NCBI GenBank assembly: GCA_964199315.1
Contig: OZ116709.1
Span: 4,774,001 to 4,838,000, forward strand
Length of the DNA stretch: 64,000 nucleotides
Direction: 5' to 3'
DNA from: Orbicella franksi
Lineage: Eukaryota
Below are positions 50,001 through 64,000 of the stretch, one piece after another; the first letter of the stretch is position 1, and every line of letters starts with the position of its first letter. Made by a program: the position numbers and the translations under genes. The notes below the pieces were generated by a model. The model was given only the letters and a program-made list of their open reading frames with translations, searched no databases and was not told the DNA's origin.

Positions 50001-52436
50001 AAGTTCAATTCAAATCTTTGCTGCTTATTTTAGTTCACTTCACCTGTCAAATTATTGTTGTTCAGTAAATAATAATTAGAAGATGATGGCATGGTAACTG
50101 AGTTGAAGAGAAAAAAATTAAAATTTGTATTACCGTACTACTGGTAATAGCCGTGGGTAGCAGACAATGGAACTTAGTTTTATCCGCGCGACAGTGCATA
50201 TGTATAATAATATACCAAACAAAACTTTCCCAACGACTTTGATGTCGAATCCCAAGAACACAATTGTAAAAAAGTTTATTATTGTTTTTTGTTTTTTGTT
50301 TTTTTTTGAAATTTAACATTTGCTTAATATATTTCGCAGGTGACAAGTTTACCTATGGCCTATGGATGTTTACTTTGAGGAATTTCAGCTTTGAATTAAA
50401 TCGACCTTTTTGAATATTTTCAAATACTGTATGATCTTTTTTCAAACCCTATAAAAATTTGGGAGTCTAATTCTGGTGAAAACGATTTTAACTTTCGTGG
50501 TAAAATAGTCTCTCTGACGCTAGACAAGAGCATTGATTCACTTAGGGCTTATAATTCTGAAGTAAACCTATAGTAAATTGCACGACTCAAAATTATGGTC
50601 ACACTTATTGAGGATGTGTGTAAAAAACATTGCCTTTCCCACTATTTCTATAAATAGTACAATCCGTCCTCTTGCCCAGAGGCAAAGGTATGGACGAAAG
50701 TAATACATAATTGATTGCGAATGTGTGCGATCTGTATGACTGCAAAACGAAAATTCGGTCATGTGCTAAGAATGATGAAACCGCATCCTTGTTATTAAAG
50801 CAAGTACCAAGTATTAAAAACTCTGCCGAGTAAACTATTAAGACTTATACTTACTGTAAGCAATTTGATTCAGCCACGATTGACGACAAGGCAGTTTGCG
50901 GAAATCTTCTAACTGATGAGGAAGACTTATTGGTCATTAATGTGCGGATGTTGTTAGTATTTGTTTATATTGGAATCTTAGCTAATCTTGGAAAACGTCA
51001 AATACAGTTGACAAAGTACTGCCACTCTAAGTGTTCTCCTGTCATGTGCAGATTGACGACTGGTCGCTAGCGACAATTTAATTAATTTTGTTTTCACTGT
51101 TTAAACACGAAAATTCTTAAATTGACAAACCTCGCGCAAAATAACGCAGTTCTAGAGGGAAAAGATGCCTGCCCAACGACTGGATTTTTTATGTTCGTGC
51201 AAAAGTCAACGCTAGCAACCGCACGCGTGATCGCGGAAGGAAATTTGAAGGCCAAGGCTAATTATTCTTGTGGCCTGTAAGATCTTTTTGCATTTATTTC
51301 CAAGAGAAGTAAAACATGCCCCAATATCAAGTTACGGCGGCCGGTGGGCTTTTAGAAACCAACAATGTGTTATTCCGTAAATAAATACACAGGTATGTGG
51401 TAAAGAGTGAAATGAATTAAGAAACACACGCACGCTATTCGTGCGTGATGTAATTTGCAATTTCTACACGGCGCTCTTGCGTCACGAGTCAAAGTGCTTC
51501 GACATTCGGCCTCCCACCTTCTCAGACAATATTTCCGGAATTTGTGTAAATTTTAGTTAAGCAAAGGAAAACACCCCATTCGTGGGAATTCGGAGATGTT
51601 GGGATTCAGCGAATGGATGATCTAAACTTCGTGACTTCTAGTAAAATTTCGACCAAAATAGCTGTCAGTTTCCCGCTATGAGGATTCAAACCGCAGGTCA
51701 ATTAAAATTGTCTTATTAAAAATTCTTTATTTTCTACTTGTTTTCCCTTACGCCGACTTAAGTTATTAAAAAGTCTCAAGTGCTAGAACTCAGTCTGTTT
51801 TTAAATTTTAAAAACTTCTACTGAATTAAACTACAAAAATTGAACTTTAATCTCGAATCTTCTGTATTTGAAAAAATGAAGAATGTTTTCAAGGCTATTA
51901 TGCTTTGCTGCATATAAACAGCAAGCTGTGTATACATTATAAATACATTCCATGCTTGGTCACGTAGCTTATAAACGGTTTAGTTTTTCGGCCGCGCGCA
52001 GGTGCTAGAGAAAGAAAGTCAATTAATATTCAATGTAAGTGCGTACAAGAACATTCCGTACGAAAGCGTTAACTTCTGCGCATAGAGCAAAATAGTGTCT
52101 AAGAATTTGTTGAAAACATAGAATTACAGATTGAAGTATTTAGTTATCAAGTATTTTGAAAAATCATGTCTAACTGTTAAACAAAAAATACAATGCATTT
52201 AAAAGCTTTTTGTTTACACGTCGTAAAGGCCCGAAAGCTATGAACGATAAAGGAACAATTGTAATAACAACATATCAATGTTGCATCCCTAGAGGTCTAC
52301 AAGAAGTCATACAATTTAGGAATCCGACGGTATAAATTGAAAATAGCTTAAAAACTAATGACGGAATCAGTCCAAGAAGAACGATTGAATGTTGTCTAGG
52401 AGCCCCGGTAGACAATAGAAAACGCCAGAAACTAAA

Positions 52437-53069
52437 AGGGGTGGCGAATGGTCCTTCGAAAACTCTGGGTCTCGTAAAATTTTCGTCGAATTTCACGGGT
52501 CTCGCAGTCTCATATTTTAGCGGTTATGTGCGTCTCGCGGTCTCGATTCTTCTACGAAGCTGTCTCGGAGTCTCGATTTTTCGCAAGGCTAAGGGCCTCG
52601 AACCCGAAGTCCCAATTCATTCCTTTATCTGTTTTTATAAATGACGTCTTCCTGCTTCACTTAATAATGAATTTCAATGAAGCAAATTACAAATTTTCTG
52701 AGAAAAATTGAATCTTAACTTCTCCTAAATTGTCTTAATTCCACAAAAAGGTACAAAACCTACCACAACGTCCGTTTTGGCGCCAGAAAAACAGTTATTT
52801 TTCTCTATGATATCATAAGGTAATGTGTTTTAATCGAATTTCCAGTTCCAGTCAGTTCCAAGAAGCTGGCTTAAGGCTGTACAAGCTCATTCTAGCTCTC
52901 AACTAAATCTGGGGCTCGAATTTTATGAGTCTGAACGTCTAGCACTCACACTCAAAGCGCTTTGAAGTCTCGGTCTCGCAATCTAAAACGTCAAAATGTT
53001 TCGGGGTTGCAAAGAAAAAGGGTTGTCTCGCCGTCTTGCAAAGTCTCGCATTTACCATTCGCCACCCTT
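52437..53069. mobile_element. Non-autonomous DNA transposon/MITE with TIRs and 6-bp flanking direct repeat
   Basis: Left end aggggtggcgaatggt, right end accattcgccaccctt. actaaa is present at 52431-52436 and 53070-53075. Ten internal GTCTCG hexamers. Confidence 0.65.
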
Positions 53070-53146
53070 ACTAAACAACTAGAAAGTGAAAAGTAGACGA
53101 AAGTTTTGCTGCCCGCGGAACAATGTTTAAGAGAAATAACTATGAT

Positions 53147-53208
53147 TAATAATAATCATCATCATCATCATCATTATCATCATCATCATCATCATAATCA
53201 TAATAATA
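53147..53208. repeat. (ATC/ATA)n microsatellite
   Basis: taataataatcatcatcatcatcatcattatcatcatcatcatcatcataatcataataataa. Confidence 0.8.
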
Positions 53209-56200
53209 GATATTTATATTTTATGGAAAGGTCGTCTTGAGGTAAATCCGAGCGGTCTGCATAAGTGGTTCTTTCATGGGCTCAATGAAGGGCCGTAGTG
53301 CCACATAATAAACTAATTACTAGTCTAGCTTGCTCGAGCTGTACTGGAGAATATTGGCACGAGGTCGTGGCAGTGCGGACCTAGCTGCGCTGATTCCGCA
53401 ATGCCACGACCTCGCGCCAATATTCCCCTTTCCCTCGGTTAATAAGAGGTTAATTTTATCCCCCAAATATCTTAAATCAGTCATAAAGAACACCACAAAA
53501 GTTATACTTTTTATACTTTTTAAAATTCGCTAAGCTAACGTAATTAACATTTACCAAAGGGACTACACCAGATTTCTGTTCTTTCCGAGGAAACTGCTAT
53601 GGTGAGGTTACTTTCTAATGAAAGTAATTTCATACAATGTGCAACATTACTTTCTAATTGAAGGCAACCTCACCTTAACAGTCTCCTCTGGTATACCAAA
53701 GAAGAATGAATAACCATCCAATAAAGGAACAAGGATAGGCAGGTCTGAGGACGATTAGCAAGGATTTATATGAAGACAAACTTGAAAACAGTCGCCATTT
53801 TTTCATGACGTACCGTCTTGAAAGAAATGATGTGGTTCTTTGTTGCAGATTAGCTAGACCTCTTTATTTTGGCTTGGGTCCAAAGAAACATTATGAGACC
53901 TGCTTGCCTAGATTAAGTATTTCATACCTACACAATTTATAGCTTGGAAAATATCGAATCTTTTCTGTGAAAAATTCCGCAGTCAAAATTTACCATGTCG
54001 GTAATTCTACAAGTGAGGGTAATACAGGTTTATAATTAAGATATTGCGGGTAAAGTGTTTATGTTTCATTGACAGATTTGCTAAGTCTGGAAGCTCAAGT
54101 AAGTAATTCTCAATACTGATTAATTACGGTGATTTCTTTCGCTGTAAAATGTGAGAGTTATGTCTGGGACATTACGCTAATATCACCTTTGTTGGCTGCT
54201 GATTATTTCATATACATGTTCTAATGAACTTCTGGTTGCAGTTATGCTTGACGCTGCCAGTAACGTACTACTTTGCACTTTACAAGTTCTATGTACGCAT
54301 TTTTATGTTCAGAAAAGAGATTTATCCTTCTGGGTTTAAAAGCATTACATGCGCTGACCATATAAACCTACTTTCAGTAAGGAGATGTTAGCCCTCGATT
54401 TGACGATATATCTTTAAGATATAAAGGGTTTGTAAAGGAACCGTTTAACCATATATTTATTTTCGGTTTAGAGAGAGATGCTTATTAAAGTTACTGAAAC
54501 GCTCTTGGAACCCCATCACTTTTGCGGTCTTGATAATTTGTGTTATTGCCCGCCGTACAAATTTAAACAAAAATTCAATTGTTGTCATCCAGACCGGCTT
54601 GATAGAAAATATTGCATGATATGATAAAGTACGAATTTACGTATTGTCGTTACATACCATCAGATTATTTAACATTTAACTGGTACTGAATAACAGTATT
54701 CAGTATAATATAACATGTGTTAGAATTACGGAAGCGAAGTAATTTTCCTCAGCTCTGAAACTGAATAATTACGCTCACCCAAGACGCTGAAATTAGTTTA
54801 CGTCGGTTTCGAGAAAGCTCAATCAAAACATACCAAACGATGCTCGGAATCATCAATTTAAAAAATAAAAAATCGAGCTCTGAATTCAAATCAATGATGT
54901 AAACAAAACGATCTTCTCGGACTAAAGAAACGCTGAAACGATACAAGCTGGTTTTCCAGTGGTTGAAAAACAACAGCCGGCGACACTTCTATAGTCCTGG
55001 TTGTTTTACACTGCTATAAAAGTCAACTTTGTTTTTACGAGTGTGAGTGACAAAACTGGTTTATCAGTGAAATATACGTAAGAAAAAATGCTACAGAAAA
55101 GATAAACAATATTCGTTAATTATTTAATACTGCCGAAGTTCAATTTGAACTTCAAATCGAAATGATTCTTCGTAAAATTCGTAAATAAAAACCTTTTTAA
55201 ACTCACCATTTTGTAGCTCGCTTTAGTTTTGCAGTTCCCGCGGAAATGAAAAAAGGAGTTGCCTCTGGCATCGAATAAAATATCGGATTTACCGGCCCTG
55301 GGCGACAAAACAAATATCGCTCGTGTCAAATTTTCAATGACCACTGCTTGTGAATAACATTAAGAAATGGCCAATACCTATCGTGAATGGATGCGGGAAT
55401 TTTAGAGAGCATGACATAAGAGCGAGACTTTCGATTTAATTTCCAGATGAGGGACGCTCTAACTTCACGTGTGTTCTGAAAATTTTCACGCAAACAGAGC
55501 TCAGAACAAATGGCGAGAAACCTAAACTTAATTCTTTGAATAGCTACAAATTATTTTTCAGTCAGATAGATAAAACGATTTTAAATCAGTTGTGAAAGGC
55601 TTACCTTTAAATTATCTTTCCTTTTTAGAGTATATTCTCTTCGGGGCTTTCAACATTTGCTGCATTTCTGACCTTTATTTGTTTAAAACTCATGCTAAAG
55701 TAAACATACTTTAAAGGCACTGGCCCGTCTCCTTGACCAGACGGAAAGAGGATTTTCAATTGTTTATAAAACTGTTGAAACAATATGTTATACTGCCACA
55801 ATTAACAAGAGAACCCAATGAAGGAAAAGTAAAAAGTAACTTATAGAATGACCTTAGCTTGTGTTTATTTCACAAAGACAATGGATTAGAATAATTTTCT
55901 AGCGCCTGGCTCCCGTCTTTTGTGCTGTTCTCCTCAGGCACTCAATGCACCTGAGCAATATAGCCTCAACCAAAGGTAAACTAAGATTATCGAAGAAAAC
56001 AACAACGGGTAAATTTTTTCTTCTGGACTTCCTCTTCCCGAGAGGCGGAAGAACTCTGTATCACATGCTCTCATATGGTTGAAATAAGAGAACAGCTTTC
56101 ACTAAAGAACGTTCACTTACAGTTTTATACAGTTTACAATATAAGTGTGAGATAAGGATTTCGTTTGACTTTTTTCCACTATTCCATGGTTTTCATGAAT

Positions 56201-59200
56201 CATCAATGTAGTATTTTCAGCATGAACAATTTGGTGTCCCTTAATGAGTCTAGTCTCCATTCCCCTAATTCGCAGATTACGGGGTTCTCCCAATAACACG
56301 TGTTTCTCTGCGCGTTAATTTGGCGCAAAATGAACATATATGAACACTACATGTACTACCATCTTGCAGTGTACTTAAACATAATATTACTAAATAAAGG
56401 CCTGAAAAGATGGTGCAACATTTCACGCAACGCTGCGCGTATGCGATGTCTGAATTCCAACGGTGGGTCGACCTATCCTAACTTTGATCGCCCGGTAAAA
56501 TCGCTTTGCACAACTTTGCGTTTATACAGCGTGTGTCAAGACTAGACTACACTAAATAAACTCAGCGTACCCACTTATCTCCTTTGAAGACCTTGTCGGG
56601 AGCTATTTGTTCCACACCGGAAAGCTTGCTCTGAAAAATAAATTAATACCTTGCTGGTGGAAAACTGTCCCCTGCAAATCTCTCACCCAGCCCCTGAGCT
56701 TAGCGACAAATGCTATTTAGCAGCATCCTGGGAACGTTAATTACCGTATTCAAAGGTTCTCTACTCCTGTATATTTACAAAAAATATTAAACAACGCAAT
56801 TTAACTCAGTTATTTAGAGTGGACGTTGTCCAAGGCGTATTTCGTTTAGCAACCAATTTTTATTCCCCCATTGCCTATCTTTTTTAATTCAAAGGGCAAA
56901 AACGTAAAAAGTAAACTGTTGCATACCCGTAAGCTGCTTTTTTGGCAACAGTTAGCAGAAAGAACGTATAAATTAATTACCAACTGCGTGAAAACAATAT
57001 TAAGCTTAAGTTTACACTTGTATTCAAAAGCGCCATTTCACTATGAGATATAGGTTATTTTTTTGTTACTAAGCTATTTTTGCTTTGTTTTGTATCCTTT
57101 TTATTGCTCAAAATCTATTTATCACTCACTAGTTCCATGCTTGCAATATTGATATTGTCCAGTTCCTTAAATCGTATCGCAAAAGCAACATGTAACCGAC
57201 TGTTTTTACCTGCTGACAAAATGTGTACATGCTGATTGCCGTATTGCAAAAGAACACACAAGTTTGTTATCTATGTAAATACATGGTAGAACAGAGAATC
57301 TTGTTTCAACAATAAGTAATTTTCTGCCGTTTAAATTATTCGTGGAGACTCGGAGAATCTTGTTGAAAATAGTGTGATGCAATTCCCTAAACTGTTTTCT
57401 GCATATTTAAAATAATACCTACCAACGATATAGCTGTTAAGTTATGTGCTAAGTTGCTCGTCGCGAAGCTAAGCATCCTACAACATTATATTCCTTTCCA
57501 CGTTACAAATTCTGATATTTCTACAGATATGATAGCTGATAGAATATATGTGATGCAGCGAAGAGAGTATGGTGAAGAAAGGAGTTGAACATTTTTTACA
57601 ACAAATAAATGTATTTCATCGATATCAGCAGTCGGGACTATCTAACAAGAAAAGACATTGAAAACTTCAGTAACAAAAAGGATGAAGCAATTAACTCAAT
57701 GCACTTCTTTAGTCAACCACTTTTGTCTATCACATTTGATACCATACAATACCAGTCGCCCGCAAAACCACACAGTGCAGGAATTTTAATATGATTTGTG
57801 ACATCTGGGAGCAAAACAGCAAATTTCTTCCGTGAAGCCTGTTTTTCGTTCTCGTGAAGGCTTAACGCCTCTTCGACATAAAAGCTAAAGTACAAGAGAG
57901 GTTTCCTTTTTTGGAGAAAGTAAACAATTATGGCAAGTTTTTTCGTGCAAAGATATAAACCTGAACGTTGTCTTTTCATATGCAAATAACGAAAAGCTCT
58001 GAAATGAAGAGACAAAGTAGATGGATCAAACCAATGGCGAGATTCTTCCAAGGGTGTTCCAAGGAAAATACTAATTCCTCTTCGACCTGAGTGTCTCTGT
58101 AATGGTTGCTTTTCTCCCAATATTGTTGACCAAGCCTCAAGCAATAAATAGACAATGTTAAGTAAAGAAAATGTTTCTAAAAATAATTGACTTTTACATA
58201 TTTAATTTGCAATGTAACGGTATTATTAGGTAGATTTTGTGCTCAGTTGTGTTGAGTCGTGCTGTGTTTTGGTGAGTAAACGTGCAAACAACAACTTTAA
58301 AAAAGTATGCAGCGTTGTTTTAAAACTTCCAAAAAGAGATTTATTGTATTCAACTGAATTAAGGCCGTCTGTAAAAGCAAAACTTGTGGTTTCCACGGCA
58401 ACCAAATTACTAACCCAACAGCTGTCAATTTGTATTCAGTCGGCGTGGATGGTGATGATTATCTCAGTCTACTTTTTAATTGTATTTTGCTACAAGTATA
58501 AGAAGGCTCCAAGAACACGAGCTGACCGTTAGACTCGTGAGAATAAACCGCCCTATCAAACAAGAGTATTAGTCTCTTCTTGAAACTTTAAAATATGTCC
58601 AGCATGACAAAGGGGCCGAGAAATTAGACACTGAAATTCTGCAATAATATTCCTTGACACTATCAGATTTTCTGTCCAAGAACTCTTCAATTTACGTCAC
58701 GTGTGCAATCTTGCATGTATCTTCCAGGCGCATGCACGGGACGAGCAGTGATTCCAGCCTATTTATCCGGCAGTTGCCTCGCCTTTTAAAGTCTCTTTCC
58801 AAAACTATCACTTGAGTTATGTCTCAGTTCTATGTTGCTTAAGACCTAGCTGACTAGCTACCATGTTTTATTCTAATCAGTGCTTATTTGCAATTTTGAT
58901 TTTCATTTCAAAACACCCAATTTTAATTGCGTTCGTCTGACAAGGAATTAACTCAATGAAAAAGAAATGCTTCGATAGCTTAAAATCTTTGATATCAGTT
59001 TCCACGATTTCAAAAGTAAAGAAATATCTTGTCTCTTGGCTTCCAGTTAAGCTGTTTATAATGTTCTGCCGAGGGATTCTGCATCATTCCGTTTCGTTTT
59101 GTTCTGTTTCGTTTCAGTCTATTAATTCTTAGTCTGTAATTTATTATAGATCTAGTGATAATTTTCAAATAAAGTAAAAACATGTTTGCCAAACTGCTGG

Positions 59201-61784
59201 TTCCAAACTAAACAAAATCAAGTTAGAATAAGTATATTGTTTGAACCAGCGTGTTAATAACACAACGCTATACGAATTCGACTGGAATTCGACTCTTTCA
59301 GATGTAACCAATCTAAGCGAATTCGGCTATATAGTGTTTTCTACATGGTCAGTATTTTATTCACCACTTTGATATTAAAGCTATTCATATCACAAAACTG
59401 ACTGACTGATTCTATTCAATTATATTACTCTTACAGTCACAAGCCAACAATGAGACAAACAGAGAACATTCAGTAGCGAGATAGCATCTCAAGATTTCAA
59501 TTCAGCTAAGGTGGAATCAGTCAGTTTAATTCGTCGAAGGCTTTCTCGTGATAGTCATATTTTTACAGTTTAGTCCGATATAATGTCGTTCAAGAAACTA
59601 CCCGAGGGAAGGGCCCGATTTTATATTAATATCACTGGTGTTCCAACTGGGAGACTAAACCACTGAAACACGTAGGAGGCCACATTTTGAATCAACGATA
59701 TAGCTGTAAACTTGACTAGAGTGAAGCTGCTAAATATGAAGTTAATAACTGGCAAGTCGCTCTTTGCTCAAAAAGAATTTCAGTGGATCCTTTACTTAAA
59801 TTTGCATGTCCCGTACTTAAAACAAGAACTTTGAGTGAACGCTTCACTTAAATTTGTATGCCTTAGTTTGACAAATATATCACGCAATAAGTATCACCAT
59901 TCCTAAACTGAGAAAGTTGGGCTAAATCGAAGGTTTCGTCGCTTGTAGTATACTTGGGGCTGGTGTTAGGATCTGTAAATTTAAGTCACCTCACCGGGCC
60001 GGCTCTTTATGGGGCGTTGTTTTAGATAAAACAAGACCTAACTACATATTTACTTGCATAATCCGCAAAAGTAACTGGTTACAACGACGACGGAATTCGT
60101 TTTATCCACCACCGGTGAAGGTGGGTACCGATACCTATTTCGCAGCAGCTGTTACTTACCGGTCAAAAAGCCCCTCGATAGTGCTCTATTGACTGTATTT
60201 CCTGACTCTTTGGACTAATAAATACCCCAGTAACAGGCAGTTATATATAAGTCAGTTTCTCACACAAATTAAATATAGATCAGTCGTGTCTAGCATGTTC
60301 GAGTGATGTTTAGAAATCAACTTTCGTTTTGCTTAATTGGCGACATTTAACCACGCAGCAGGGACTAGACTATTGTCTATAAATGTTTATTGTTTCTTTT
60401 GACCAATTGCTACGAGATGATCACTCAACCAGTGGCCAAGCAATTTGTTATAGGGTCTAGTGTCGGATTTTAAACTCACCAAACCTCAAGAAAACAGAGG
60501 TCTTTCGATTCACATTTCCCGGTTATCTTTAGTATTGTGAGAGTTGCTCTATTTTGTAGTAATAGCAAAGAATCGTTCGACTTCGCGTGATGTTTTTTTA
60601 CACAAGTGGGCTTTCTTGCGTGATACCATTATCAGTTGTTCCTGCCCCGAGGGCGATTTGTATAAACGGTTCCGCCATTTAACTCCCTGCAATGTTTGCT
60701 AATCGAAACTAACCAATTACAGTTCTCGGTGCATTGCTGTTTGCTTCGTAGTTCAAGAATTTTAATGAATTCCCACCAAATGGCTTTCTTCGGATGAACT
60801 AGTGCAAAACGAAGCCTTCCGTTCTAATAAACAACTTAACAAATGAAATGAACGCGCCCGCAGCAAGCAACTGTATTTGAATGGAGCTTAACAATAATAG
60901 GCTTTTTGCATTGCGTTGGGCTTCATTGTCAATCTCGATCTTTATCGTTCCCTATTTATATTTTTTAATGGATAATATTTCGAAACAAAATTTTTTACTT
61001 AATTGTTTGGTGACCCTGCTTAGCTCTTGACAAACCGGTATTAATGGTTAAAACCAAAAAGTCGGAATAATTACAAGCAAATATATATCTTTAATGTCTT
61101 TTCAAAGCACTGACTACCGCAAAACCTGTCTGAAAAATTGCTTCTATTCTAAAAGATTTAATTATTGATGACAGCTGACTTTCGTTAAGTCTTTGATTTT
61201 AATGTGTTGGTAGGAAAAACTGTTACTTCTTCTAGAAACCACAGGAGGCATTTTGTTTTCAATTAAACCGTTTATAGACTATTAACAGCAAGCGTTGCCA
61301 GTCACTAAACATTTTCAGACACCGAAGCTTACACAGTAAAAATATCCTGGCATTTTTTCTGAGATCAGAGATAATGAAAATTGTTGTCAAACGAGGAAAG
61401 AAAGAGGATTGCTAAAATAATGATGTACAAGTACTTCGATGAGTTGATGGTCATGTACTTGGGCAAAAAATATATCTATGAAATCTGAAGCCCATTGGGG
61501 AGACCATTATTGCTCTTTATTTTGAGGCCTCCCACGCACCTTTTACGACTAATATCACAAATGAATTACAGCAGATAACCTGAGGCATACATACATGTAT
61601 GCACGATACATACAGTTAAGTCAATCTTCGACCTTCGTTTCTTTGTCGAGTCAGTAAAACTACTTTTAGCTGAAGTCTCTGCCTCCTCTCGACAGTTAGA
61701 TAATTTTTAGTAAAAGTTATCGTTGCAATCATTTCAGTGAAATGAAAATAAATGAACGTGTTTTAAAACAACTGGCGATTTCCA

Positions 61785-62062
61785 TTAGACCAAAAAGTCC
61801 GGCCTGCATTTCCGGAAATTTCCAGTGGCGAATGGAAAAGCTTTTTCAAAACTCGCCGGAAAAAGAGCACAACCTCCTGAGGTATACCTAAATTTAGACC
61901 ATTTCTGACCGAGAACTTCAGTTCCATTCAATTTTCTCCCTGGAATGTCCAGAATTTTTTTTTTTATTAAACGGTTCGCATTTCGGAAATGAAGCAGTTT
62001 CCAAGGAAACTCCAGTAGTACCATCTGCATTCCAGAATTTCTGGTTGAATGGAAAGCGTCCA
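61785..62062. mobile_element. Degenerate interspersed repeat (ttccattcaaccagaaattc family)
   Basis: Repeated ttccggaaat/ttccagaattt motifs and terminal ggttgaatggaaagcg. Explains ORF 61785..62030. Confidence 0.4.
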
Positions 62063-64000
62063 GTATCTCATTCGTTCAAGATTATTACTTATTCGTAAAA
62101 AAGGAGTTAATCTGCCATTTCTTATCACAAACGAATCAACTGCAATCTAAGAACATAGAACGTTCGATTCGGCAAACGAAGAACCCAGTGGTACCCAACT
62201 TAAGGTGGCAATTTTCTCGCGTTTCCTTCAGTGAAATTTCGTAAAATTTGGCAGACGGGTAATAAATACTTTTACTCTAGTTGGAGCTCATTTTTCAGGA
62301 AAATCTATCTGACCAGTTTTTCCGCAGTGCTAAAAGACATAAATTTGCAAAAATCTAAAAAGAAAAATGCTTTTACAAACCCTACTTTTTTCGTGCATGT
62401 TTGAAATTCGTATCCCACCGGGTTTAATGTACTGTAAAAAAATTTGGAAGATTTCACCGAAGGAAATTCAAGAAAACCACAAATAAAGCCATAATTACGG
62501 GAAAAAAAGCACTTGTTTGGGCATTTATAATTCAAGATTAAATGTCAAGATTTTAACAGAGATGATTGTCAATCAATGTGTCAACATTGGCTATTACATG
62601 TAATAGGTTTGAGAGGACTGGGTGTTAAAAAGAATGCAAAAACAGATTTCAAAACATAACACTAGCGCGCGGAACGCGATAAATCATTACCCTATTGAGC
62701 CACCTTAACCCGCAATCAAATTACTGGATCCGTTAGAGTTAATCACTGAATGAACAGTGCGATGGCTCTCAGAAGAATCTTAAAATCATGTGAAATACAT
62801 AGTCGAGATTTCAGATGCAAGTCTCAAAGTGGTTTAGGATGTAGGTTCTTTAATTGACCAAAAATAATTTCATGTTTAGAAACCAATTTCCGGATTTTTG
62901 TACAGCTATTATAGAATCTGCATTTAGTTTAGAAACGAAAATGGAAGTCTAGCTGACGATACGAGGTTTTGCTTAGCAAAGAACAGCTTTAAAAGAAACG
63001 ACAAAAAGACCGATTAAATGAAATCCCCGTTTTTCTCTTACACAGGTAGTTATTATTGGTATCTGGAGTCATCAGCGCGTGACAGACAGCTGACCTTATT
63101 TGGTAACGTGCGACCAGTTTACACGTACGAGACATTTTTCTCAGATGATGGTAGGGGTGGTACGCCAACACAATGCAGTTGCGTTTGAAGAAGGAAAAGA
63201 GATTTTTGCCATACAATAACCCTGACTCATTCAGTCGGTAAATTTTGTTACCTTACTTATGGACAAGGCTTTTCCATTCCAGCTGCGCCAAGCTTTCAAT
63301 GCCGCCCACTAAACTATCGGATTCAGCGAACTTTCCTGACGGTACAATTTACCATCCGACAATGAATTCTCCTCGAAGACCAATCTCTTTCCCTTTCTGT
63401 GTAGCTGTTGATAGTTTCTTTATGTCCTTTAGTTTGTTCGATCGATTCTGAGCTCATTTTCGTTTCGACGCAATTAATTTTGCAGTCTTGATGACAACAA
63501 ACAGCCGCAAGGCTAGGTCGTAGACAATTTTACAAGCACACAAAACCTTGCTTCATTTGTTTTGCCCGAGGAATATAATGCACAATTCCGCAGTTATTCG
63601 CATCTAACCGCCAACCTTTATCCTTTGTCACAATTTCCCAGAATATAGACGACTTTAGAGGAGATTGTGGGCCGAATGATTCAAAAGAAAACTCTTTCTT
63701 ACTTTCTTCCTTCACCCACATGTTTCATTCAACTCGCTCTGTGAACACCGCGGCGACACCGCGCCAACAATTTTGCCGCCTTTTCTTACAGTCGCATCGT
63801 GTAAGTCACCCTGAAACGTCCACATCATCCAGTAGATTTTTTACCGAAGGAACTGAAGTAATTTAGTCGGCTAGTGAAGAATCAATCGGATCCGCATTTA
63901 CCAAAGCAGACGAAAAATGTGAAATTTTGCAATTTTCAAAAATAGCTCAGAATCTGTTTTACGGAGTTTGCTTAAATTTATGTGAAAGTTTAATCAGAAC

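Noticed and set aside
57713-58144. 143-aa ORF with faint STING-like phrases (NLAIGL in an adjacent frame, KKLAIIV)
   Set aside because: The resemblances lie in different frames and are too weak to support without a profile search.
63046-63451. Exon-like segments near the window end (GSYYWYLESSARDRQ...)
   Set aside because: Stops in all frames and no recognisable family. Cannot be supported.
1-64000. Prokaryotic systems (CRISPR arrays, operons, rRNA) or bacterial contamination as the source of the GluR0-like genes
   Set aside because: No regularly spaced repeat-spacer arrays or rRNA. The channel genes have six spliceosomal introns filled with host repeats, so they are genuinely nuclear.

Overview
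AT-rich, intron-containing eukaryotic genomic DNA, most likely an anthozoan or stony coral. That assignment is an inference from the MITE/SINE repeat families, which I recognise from coral genomes. Most of the supplied ORF track is noise or partial exons. By hand-splicing GT-AG introns I reconstructed two tandem, 7-exon, minus-strand paralogs (gene A 30776->23945, 581 aa; gene B 16399->11232, 542 aa) with identical intron positions and phases. Both encode: signal peptide, basic furin-type propeptide, periplasmic-binding-protein lobe S1, M1, a K+-channel pore loop with a full TTVGYGD filter, an inner helix, lobe S2, an extra TM (M4) and a C-terminal coiled coil. This is an intron-bearing animal version of the prokaryotic GluR0-type ligand-gated K+ channel. 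It has no ATD, it has gained M4, and it appears to lack the Arg that binds amino-acid carboxylates. The filter is split by an intron, so the ORF track cannot show it. A third reconstructed gene (47026->43914, 3 coding exons, about 122 aa) encodes a small secreted cysteine-rich protein. The rest is decayed coding remnants (4.2-5.1 kb, 8.1-8.6 kb, 37.3-40.3 kb), palindromic MITEs, SINEs including an inverted tRNA-derived pair, and microsatellites. No rRNA, CRISPR or convincing functional tRNA gene was found.
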